DNA of 25,877 nucleotides from a bacterium. Lineage in GTDB: Bacteria > RBG-13-61-14 > DATKZS01. The position numbers and the translations under genes are program-made. Of this stretch, positions 11,247-18,304 are shown piece after piece. The stretch spans positions 1 through 25,877 of the forward strand of contig JAWOBU010000241.1 of NCBI GenBank assembly GCA_046484135.1. Direction: 5' to 3'. The stretch's first letter is position 1. Every line of letters starts with the position of its first letter. Under the pieces are notes generated by a model. It did no database searches, was not told where the DNA came from, and saw only the letters and a list, made by a program, of their open reading frames with translations.

Positions 11247-11783
11247 ATGAACATGACATCCATCCTGGCGGGAGTCGGTCTGTTCTTCTTCTTCGCGATT
11301 ATGATACTCGCACTTTTCCTGGTCTTTGTCGGCATCCCCGGCAACTGGATCATATTCGCGGAAGCTGTGATCTATGCGCTAATCACCTCTTTTGACGGTG
11401 CCATCGGGTGGTGGACCCTGGCGGCGCTCCTGGTCATGTCCGGCCTGGCCGAGCTGGTCGAGTTTCTTATTACCGCCTACGGGGCCAAGCGATACGGCGC
11501 ATCCAAGCGGGCCATTGCCGGTGCCATCATCGGGGCCATCGCCGGGGCCATCCTCATGGCCGGGTTTCCGCCGGTGGTGGGGGCCATCATCGGCGCTTTC
11601 CTGGGCGCCTATCTGGGCGCGTTCCTGGTGAGCTACGCCATGGAGAAGGATTTCGACAACGCCCGCCGAGTGGCGCTGGGCGCCTTTTTCGGCCGGGTGG
11701 GCGCCGCCCTTACCAAGGGGACCATTACCGCGGGAATGGCGGGACTTATTACTTACCAGGTGGTCGCCGGTCTGTTAGGATAA
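11247..11783 (+). CDS. DUF456 (YqgC-like) membrane protein
   Basis: IPG, GAKRYGASKRAIAGAIIGAIAG, IIGAFLGAYLG and A.GAFFGR patterns; hydrophobic. Confidence 0.85.
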   Translation: MNMTSILAGVGLFFFFAIMILALFLVFVGIPGNWIIFAEAVIYALITSFDGAIGWWTLAALLVMSGLAELVEFLITAYGAKRYGASKRAIAGAIIGAIAGAILMAGFPPVVGAIIGAFLGAYLGAFLVSYAMEKDFDNARRVALGAFFGRVGAALTKGTITAGMAGLITYQVVAGLLG

Positions 11784-11886
11784 AATGAATTGCAGCGCTG
11801 AGCGTTCGTACTTGATCTCGACCATGACTCGCTCTTGTTTGTATTGCATTGTTGTCCGAAACAGGGGACGGATTCCGAAAGTTTTA

Positions 11887-12393
11887 TCACGCAAAGTCGC
11901 CAAGACGCAAAGAGTCGTGGAGTTCTTTTGAATTTACGAGCAAAAGATAAAACTTTCCTATTGATACGGTGAACCGCGTGTTTACTAAAGTCCAGGTTCC
12001 TTGAAAAGCACACATGCAGACTATTAATCTAGTGTAGTGGATCATATGTAATTGCCTTTTTGTCGCCCTTACAGGGCTTGTATTCGATTAGTTCAATATT
12101 TTTCCCGGGGCTTAGGCCCCGGGCTTTAGGCCGCCGTCCCGTTGGGACTCGATAGCCTCGAATCCGCGCCCTGAAAAGGGCGGAAGGACTACAGCCCAGG
12201 GCGCAAGCCCTGGGGAGATGGTTAAAAAAACAAAGAGCCCTGAAAGGGCGAGGGAAAGCTATCATCGCATAGGTGCTCCCGTAACCTTTACACTGAATTA
12301 ATAAGGATCAAACAGAGTGATACGCTACACTAGAACAGCGGAACGGCGCATTCTTGTCATGTGTTTCCTTTGTGGCTTTGCGCCTTTGCGTGA
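11887..12393. mobile_element. ~200-bp octamer-TIR element copy E1, interrupted by a nested MITE
   Basis: Ends TCACGCAAAGTCGCCAAGACGCAAAG / CTTTGTGGCTTTGCGCCTTTGCGTGA (22/26 inverted); 206 bp once the nested element is removed; shares TTTTGAATTTA..AGATAAAAC with E2. Confidence 0.75.
12029..12333. mobile_element. CTAG-bounded MITE carrying a six-hairpin palindromic REP array
   Basis: Ends CTAGTGTAGTGGATCA / TGATACGCTACACTAG (14/16 inverted); internal mirror arms 12063-12078 vs 12236-12251 (15/16) and 12104-12125 vs 12193-12214 (18/22). Confidence 0.75.
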
Positions 12394-12463
12394 AATAAAA
12401 AATTCCTTTTGGACAAAAGTGTTTATCTTATAGCTTTCCCTCTTTAAACCCGGTCGTCTTACC

Positions 12464-14164
12464 ATGAACTGGAAAATAAAAAAACCGGACCAGGACCACG
12501 TGGACAGGCTGGCATCCGAGCTTTCCGTCTCGCGGGTAGTGGCCTGGGTCCTTTTGAACCGCGGCATCAACGACGCTGAAAAAGCAAAAGAGTTTTTGTC
12601 CCCTTCGCTCGACAACCTCAAAGCGGACACGCCGCCCGCAGGCGCGGACAAGGCGGTCGCCCGTATCGCCGAGGCCCTGGAGAAGGGCGAGACCATCGGC
12701 ATCCACGGCGATTACGACGTGGACGGCATCACCGGCACCGCGATCATGGACCGGTTCCTCCGCGAACTCGGAGGCAAAACCATTTCATACCTTCCTCACC
12801 GGCAGAAGGAAGGCTACGGCATGAAGCCCGCGGGAGTGGAAGAGCTCCACAAGAAGGGCGCCGGTCTTATCATCAGCGTGGACTGCGGAGTCAACGACCA
12901 CGAGGCTGTCGAGCGGTCCAACCGACTCGGCACGGACGTTATCGTGGTGGATCATCATCAACTGCCGGAGACGCTCCCGCCGGCACATGCGATTGTTAAT
13001 CCCCGCCTGCCGGACTGTCCTTACAACAGCGAAGAGCTCGCAGGCGCAGGAGTGGCCTTTTATCTTTGCATCGCTTTGCGTGCCCATCTCCGCAAGCTCG
13101 GCAAGATAAAGAACGGACCTAACCTCAAAGCCTACCTCGACCTGGTGGCGCTGGGAACCATAGCGGACGTGGTCCCCCTGACCGGCATGAACCGGGTCCT
13201 GGTCCACTTCGGGCTTTCCGAGCTTGCCGCCGGCCGGAGGCCGGGGATCATCCAGTTGAAGCGGGTGGCCGGTCTTGGCGAAGGGCCGGTGGGAGTCGGG
13301 CAGGTCAGCTTCCGGCTGGCGCCGCGGCTGAACGCCATGGGCCGGCTGGACGCTGCCGACCCTGCTTTAGAGCTTCTGCTTTCCGAGAACGAGCGGGAAG
13401 CGGGGATTATTGCGGACAAGCTGGAGGAGTTAAACCGCACCCGCCAGAGCGTAGAAGAACGGATACTGGAGGAGGCGGACAAGGCGCTCGGTCTCATGGA
13501 GGGCGGACACCTGGCCCCCGGACTGGCAGTGGCCGGACAAGGATGGCACGTCGGAGTGATCGGGATCGTGGCATCCCGGCTGACCGACACCTATTACCGG
13601 CCCTCCGCGGTCATCGGAGTACACAACGGCGAGGGACGCGGATCGCTCCGGAGTGTTCCCGGCGTAAACATCTACAAGGTGCTGGAGCGGTGCAGCCACC
13701 TGCTCGAGGTGTTCGGCGGTCATCCTTCCGCCGCCGGCCTCACCATCAAGGAGGACAACATACCCCGGTTCCTGGAGTACTTTCCGGAAGCGGTGGCAGA
13801 AGAGGCGCCTGACTTCGAGTATGAGCCGTATCTGTCGGTGGACGCGGAGTGGCCGGTCAGCAAGTGCGACCAGGAGCTTGTAAAAGACCTGGCGCGGCTC
13901 AAGCCCCACGGGATCGGAAACCCGGAGCCCTCTTTCTGCGCGCGGGGCGTGCTGGTGAAATGGGCCAGAGAAGGAAGGTCCAACACCCTTCTCATGGGAG
14001 TGGAAGAGAAGGAAGTTACTCTCCCGGCAGTGGGCTTTCGTATGGGCGACCGCCTGCCGGAGCCGGGCGACCGGCTGGACATCGTTTACATCCCGAAGCT
14101 TAACACCTGGAAAGGCGACGAGTCAGTCCAGCTCGAGATCAAGGACTTGCGGGTCATTAGTTGA
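12464..14164 (+). CDS. recJ: Single-stranded-DNA-specific exonuclease RecJ
   Basis: GDYDVDG, EGYG, VDCG, VDHH, LGTIADVVPL, APRLNAMGRL, WHVGVIGIVASR, GRGSLRS, FGGH.SAAG, P.G.GNPEP. Confidence 0.98.
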   Translation: MNWKIKKPDQDHVDRLASELSVSRVVAWVLLNRGINDAEKAKEFLSPSLDNLKADTPPAGADKAVARIAEALEKGETIGIHGDYDVDGITGTAIMDRFLRELGGKTISYLPHRQKEGYGMKPAGVEELHKKGAGLIISVDCGVNDHEAVERSNRLGTDVIVVDHHQLPETLPPAHAIVNPRLPDCPYNSEELAGAGVAFYLCIALRAHLRKLGKIKNGPNLKAYLDLVALGTIADVVPLTGMNRVLVHFGLSELAAGRRPGIIQLKRVAGLGEGPVGVGQVSFRLAPRLNAMGRLDAADPALELLLSENEREAGIIADKLEELNRTRQSVEERILEEADKALGLMEGGHLAPGLAVAGQGWHVGVIGIVASRLTDTYYRPSAVIGVHNGEGRGSLRSVPGVNIYKVLERCSHLLEVFGGHPSAAGLTIKEDNIPRFLEYFPEAVAEEAPDFEYEPYLSVDAEWPVSKCDQELVKDLARLKPHGIGNPEPSFCARGVLVKWAREGRSNTLLMGVEEKEVTLPAVGFRMGDRLPEPGDRLDIVYIPKLNTWKGDESVQLEIKDLRVIS

Positions 14165-14200
14165 TTCATCATCTACGCGGGAAGTAATGAGAAAGGCTTT

Positions 14201-14221
14201 TCGCGGCTAAAGCCGCTCGCA
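14201..14221. repeat. REP-like hairpin between convergent recJ and galU
   Basis: TCGCGGCTAAAGCCGCTCGCA; its reverse complement matches 21684-21704 at 20/21. Confidence 0.7.
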
Positions 14222-14270
14222 CATAACTCTCGCACGTATTACCTTATCTTTGAAAGCGCTATAACAGGAT

Positions 14271-15140
14271 TTACTCCTCCAGCTTCTCCTTTATCATCTT
14301 TCTGAACTTTTCTCCGAGGTCGGAGTGTTTGAGCCCGTAGTGGAGGGTCGCCTCGAGGTAGCCCAGCTTGTCGCCCGCGTCAAAGCGGTCTCCTTCGAAC
14401 ACGAGTCCCAGCACCTTGTTTTCTTTGGCCCGGGTCCGGATGGCGTCGGTGATCTGGATCTCGCCCCCCTTGCCGGGCGGGGTGTTGTCTATGGCCTCGA
14501 AGATGTCGGGGGTGAACAGGTAGCGGGCCACTATTCCCAGCTTGGAGGGGGCTTCTTCAGGCGCCGGCTTTTCTATGCAGTCCTTGACCCGGACCACTCG
14601 TTCTTCTACCTGTTCGTACTCGACCATGCCGTAGAGGGAAATCTGGTGCTCTGGCACGTCCAGGAGGGCGACCACTGACTCGCCGTACTTGTCGTACACG
14701 TCCATCATCTGGCGGCAGCCGGGGTAGTCGGGATTGTCTATCATGTCGTCGGGCAGGAGCACCACAAAAGGCTCGTTCCCCACCACGCAGCGGGCGCAGC
14801 CGATGGCGTGGCCGAGACCCAGCGGCCGATGCTGTCTAACGGACACGATCTCGGCAAGGCCGGTGGTTCGCCGGACCTCGTTTAAGAGATTGTCTTTCCC
14901 TTTCTTGTCGAGCGTGTCCTCCAGCTCGTAAGCCACGTCAAAGTGGTCCTCCATGGACGACTTGCCGCGGGCCGTAACCAGGACCACCTGCTCGATACCG
15001 GAGGCAGCGGCTTCCTCGATCATGTACTGGATCAGGGGCTTGTCCACTATGGGGATCATCTCCTTTTCCACCGCCTTGGTGGCGGGAAGAAACCGCGTGC
15101 CCAAGCCGGCCGCGGGAATCACTGCTTTCCTTATCTTCAT
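14271..15140 (-). CDS. galU: UTP--glucose-1-phosphate uridylyltransferase
   Basis: KAVIPAAGLGTRFLPATKA..KEM.PIVDKP, PLGLGHAI, EKP, GEIQITDAI; AGGAGG RBS. Confidence 0.97.
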   Translation of the reverse strand: MKIRKAVIPAAGLGTRFLPATKAVEKEMIPIVDKPLIQYMIEEAAASGIEQVVLVTARGKSSMEDHFDVAYELEDTLDKKGKDNLLNEVRRTTGLAEIVSVRQHRPLGLGHAIGCARCVVGNEPFVVLLPDDMIDNPDYPGCRQMMDVYDKYGESVVALLDVPEHQISLYGMVEYEQVEERVVRVKDCIEKPAPEEAPSKLGIVARYLFTPDIFEAIDNTPPGKGGEIQITDAIRTRAKENKVLGLVFEGDRFDAGDKLGYLEATLHYGLKHSDLGEKFRKMIKEKLEE

Positions 15141-15211
15141 AACACCTCCTTTGCGATTCTTGTCGCGACTGAACTCGCTCGCACAAAGAACACATCTTTA
15201 TGAAAACGGAA

Positions 15212-16483
15212 CTACGGCTTTACCACTTTCCCGTCAATGATAACCGCGGTGGCCCGTCCTTTCACCTCCCGGCCGTGGAAAGGGGTGTTCCTGGACTTGG
15301 AGTGGAACTTGTCTTTGTCCACTTGCCATTCCTGCTCCGGGTCTATGATGGTGATGTCCGCGGCTGACCCTTCCGCGAGCGATCCGCCTTGGAGGTTCAG
15401 GATTCGGGCGGGGTTCACGCTCACCAGCTCGACCCATCTCAATGGAGATATCCTGCCCTGGCTGACCAGCTCCAGGGTCAGGGGCAGCAAGGTCTCGAGC
15501 CCTACGATCCCGTTTTTGGCCCGGTCGAACTCGAACTCCTTTTCCACGATGCTGTGAGGAGCATGGTCGCTGGCGATAGCGTCAATGGTCCCGTCTGCCA
15601 AAGCCTGGATCAGGGCCTCCCGGTCTTCCTCGGTCCGGAGCGGGGGATTCATCTTGAAGTTGGGATCATAGGTGCGGAGCGCTTCATGGGTAAGGGCGAG
15701 GTAATGCGGGCAGGTCTCGCAGGTAACCTGTACTCCCCTTGACTTGGCGTCGCGGATGAGCCGCACCGATCCTGCGGTTGACACGTGCTGAATATGCAGT
15801 CGGGACCGGGTCAGCTCGGCCAGGATTATGTCGCGGGCCACCATGGCTGATTCGGCTGCTTCAGGTATGCCGATGAGTCCGAGCTCGGTGGAAACATATC
15901 CCTCGTGCATAGAGCCGCCCTCGGATAGCTCGAGGACCTCGGCGTGGTCCAGGACCGGGACATCCAGCGCCAGGCAGTACTCGAGCGCCCGCCTCATGAG
16001 AAGCGGGTTATGCACCGGCATGCCGTCATCGCTTATAGCCACGCAGCCGTGCCCGACCAAGTCTCCGATCTCGGCCATGCCCTCTCCGGAAAGGCCGCAG
16101 GAGAGCGCGCCCACCGGGTATACCCGGGCCTTCCTGGCGGCCCGGGCCTGCTCCAGGATGTAGTCGGTGGTGGAGGCGTTGTCGTTCACGCTCTTGGTGT
16201 TGGCCATGCAGGCAACCGAGGTGATGCCGCCTGCCACTGCCGCGGAGGCCCCGCCGGCAATGGTTTCCTTGTACTCCTCGCCCGGCTCGCGCAAATGGAC
16301 GTGCATGTCAATGAGGCCCGGCACGATCCATCCTCCCCAGGCGTCCAAATCCTTGGCGCCCGAGACCTTCTCGCCCGGCGGCAACAGGGACACCACTTTT
16401 CCCTTTTCCACCAGGACCTCTTTCTCCTGGTCCAGTCCCTGGGAGGGGTCTATTACTCTTCCGCCTTTAATCAGAAGCTTCAT
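15212..16483 (-). CDS. pyrC: Dihydroorotase (long, class I)
   Basis: PGLIDMHVHLREPG, MANT, ISDDG, HIQHVST, KMNPPLR, ASDHAPH, GIVGLET, SKSRNTPF. Confidence 0.97.
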   Translation of the reverse strand: MKLLIKGGRVIDPSQGLDQEKEVLVEKGKVVSLLPPGEKVSGAKDLDAWGGWIVPGLIDMHVHLREPGEEYKETIAGGASAAVAGGITSVACMANTKSVNDNASTTDYILEQARAARKARVYPVGALSCGLSGEGMAEIGDLVGHGCVAISDDGMPVHNPLLMRRALEYCLALDVPVLDHAEVLELSEGGSMHEGYVSTELGLIGIPEAAESAMVARDIILAELTRSRLHIQHVSTAGSVRLIRDAKSRGVQVTCETCPHYLALTHEALRTYDPNFKMNPPLRTEEDREALIQALADGTIDAIASDHAPHSIVEKEFEFDRAKNGIVGLETLLPLTLELVSQGRISPLRWVELVSVNPARILNLQGGSLAEGSAADITIIDPEQEWQVDKDKFHSKSRNTPFHGREVKGRATAVIIDGKVVKP

Positions 16484-17402
16484 GGGTTCCTCCGCAAAGC
16501 AGATATAAAAGGGCCATCCTCACCGCCACCCCGTTTTCCACCTGGTCGAGGATGATGGACCGCGGGCCGTCCGCGACCTCGGGGGACAGCTCCACTCCCC
16601 GGTTTACCGGCCCGGGGTGCATGATGACGGCGCTTGAGGGCGTGGACTTCAGCCTTTCCATGTTCAGGCCGTAACGCATGGAGTACTCGCGCAGCGACGG
16701 GAACCGGGTGCCGCTTCCGCGCTCCAGTTGGACCCGGAGCATCATGATGATGTCCGCGTCTTTTATGACCTCGTCCATGTCAAAGGACACGTTTGCCCCC
16801 ATGTGTTCGATTCCCGGGGGGATCAGAGTGGGCGGCCCGCACACCCATACCTCGGAGCCCATGGTGATGAACCCCCGGATGTTGGACCGGGCCACCCTCG
16901 AGTTGGCAATGTCTCCCACTATCACCACCTTGAGGTTGTCCAGCCGGCCGGTCTTCTCCCGCACCGAGAACATGTCCAGAAGAGCCTGGGTGGGATGGGA
17001 ATGGCCCCCGTCCCCGGCGTTGATCACGGGCGTGGGTATCATGCGGGAGATCATGTGGGAAGCCCCGGACGAGCCGTGCCTTATGACCAGGATGTCCGGC
17101 CCCATGGCCTGGATGTTCCGGACGGTATCCAGGAGGGACTCCCCCTTGGACAGGCTGGAGCCGGAGGCCGAGAAGTTGACCACGTCCGCGGACAGCCTTT
17201 TGCCTGCCAGCTCGAAGCTGGTCTTGGTCCGGGTGGACGACTCGAAAAACAGGTTCACCTGGGTTCGGCCGCGCAGAGTGGGAACCTTCTTGATGGGCCT
17301 TTTGCTGATCCCCTTCAGGGACTCGGCAGTGTCCAGGACAGTGGTTACATCCTCGCTGTCCAGGCTTTCCATGTCCAAGACGCTTTTTATCTTGAGAGCC
17401 AT
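16467..17402 (-). CDS. pyrB: Aspartate carbamoyltransferase catalytic subunit
   Basis: FFESSTRTKTSFE, SKGESL, NAGDG..HPTQALLD, LRVQLER, MHPGPVNRGVE. Confidence 0.98.
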   Translation of the reverse strand: MALKIKSVLDMESLDSEDVTTVLDTAESLKGISKRPIKKVPTLRGRTQVNLFFESSTRTKTSFELAGKRLSADVVNFSASGSSLSKGESLLDTVRNIQAMGPDILVIRHGSSGASHMISRMIPTPVINAGDGGHSHPTQALLDMFSVREKTGRLDNLKVVIVGDIANSRVARSNIRGFITMGSEVWVCGPPTLIPPGIEHMGANVSFDMDEVIKDADIIMMLRVQLERGSGTRFPSLREYSMRYGLNMERLKSTPSSAVIMHPGPVNRGVELSPEVADGPRSIILDQVENGVAVRMALLYLLCGGTHEASD

Positions 17403-17403
17403 T

Positions 17404-17967
17404 TTACTCTTCCCCTTTTCTCTTCCGCTCTTCCTGTTTCAGGGTCACCCTGTCTTCGCTTTGGTCATCGGTAACCCGGACGTTCACCAGGTCTCCGCGG
17501 GAGGTCGGGATGTTGCGGCCGACAAAGTCCGGCCGGATGGGAAGCTCGCGGTGGCCCCGGTCAATGAGCACTGCGAGCTGGATGCAGCGGGGCCTGCCGA
17601 AGTCCATGACAGCGTCCATGGCCGCCCGGATGGTCCGGCCGGTAAAGATCACGTCATCCACCAGCACCGCGATCCTGCCCTCGGTGTCAAAGTCTATCTC
17701 GGTCTTGTGCACCTGGGGATGGGTCTTGGCGTGGAAGATATCGTCCCGGTACATGGTGATGTCCATGTAGCCGCAGGGGACGGCGGCCCCGTCAATCTCG
17801 TGCAAGAGCGCGGCCAGCCGGCGGGCGATCCCTTCCCCGCCGGTGCGGATGCCGATGAGCACCACGTCGCCGCCCCCCTTGTTGCGCTCCACGATCTCGT
17901 GGGCGATGCGCCGCAATGCCCGCTCCACGCTGTCCGCGTCCAGGATCACTTGCTCGCTTGCCGGCAT
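17404..17967 (-). CDS. pyrR: Bifunctional pyr operon regulator / uracil phosphoribosyltransferase PyrR
   Basis: RIAHEIVERN, GIRTGG, DITMYRDD, LVDDVIFTGRTIRAAMDA, DRGHRELPIRPDFVG; start set at the ATG after AAGGAGGAG (17967), not 18012. Confidence 0.97.
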   Translation of the reverse strand: MPASEQVILDADSVERALRRIAHEIVERNKGGGDVVLIGIRTGGEGIARRLAALLHEIDGAAVPCGYMDITMYRDDIFHAKTHPQVHKTEIDFDTEGRIAVLVDDVIFTGRTIRAAMDAVMDFGRPRCIQLAVLIDRGHRELPIRPDFVGRNIPTSRGDLVNVRVTDDQSEDRVTLKQEERKRKGEE

Positions 17968-18010
17968 GTCCGCTCCTCCTTTGTCTACGCCTATGGGGAT
18001 GTCTACAGAC

Positions 18011-18044
18011 AAAAAAATCCCTCTCCTTGCTGTGAAGAAGAGGG
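18011..18044 (-). terminator. Intrinsic terminator of the pyr attenuator
   Basis: CCCUCUUCUU-CACAGC-AAGGAGAGGG followed by A and U7 on the minus strand. Confidence 0.85.
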
Positions 18045-18117
18045 TATAAGATCGAAGCTTTTCCTATGTTTCGGCATCTTCTTCCTTCTCTACCTCGCCG
18101 GATAAAGTTAAAGGAAG
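18011..18117 (-). promoter_or_regulatory. PyrR-binding attenuator leader (anti-antiterminator, antiterminator, terminator)
   Basis: CUUCCUUUAACUUUAUCCGGCGAGGUAGAGAAGGAAG fits the PyrR loop consensus (CUUUAA..UCCNGNGAGG..GAAGG); GAAGAAGA (18084-18077) can pair with terminator arm UCUUCUUC (18041-18034). Confidence 0.9.
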
Positions 18118-18155
18118 GAGGGCGATTTTGGCCCTCGCTTTCTTTTCGTGAAAAA

Positions 18156-18184
18156 AGCTTATCATTTTTAAACAGGGCAGTCAA
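18156..18184 (-). promoter_or_regulatory. Sigma70 promoter of the pyr operon (extended -10)
   Basis: TTGACT-N17-TAAGCT with TGn just before the -10, directly upstream of the PyrR loop. Confidence 0.65.
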
Positions 18185-18237
18185 CAGAAAAATATTCGGA
18201 TATTCGGATGCAGAGGGATTCCGGTTCTGTCCGGATG

Positions 18238-18266
18238 TTGATTGCGGTCTCCGGATGCGGGATAAT
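18238..18266 (+). promoter_or_regulatory. Possible sigma70 promoter of purL
   Basis: TTGATT-N17-GATAAT, upstream of GAGG RBS. Confidence 0.45.
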
Positions 18267-18304
18267 CAGTCGAGACAAGAAAACTTCTTTACGAGGATTA
18301 ATAC

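Noticed and set aside
16678..18105. 475-aa plus-strand ORF
   Set aside because: Antisense shadow of pyrB/pyrR in GC-rich DNA; Ser/Arg-rich with no motif.
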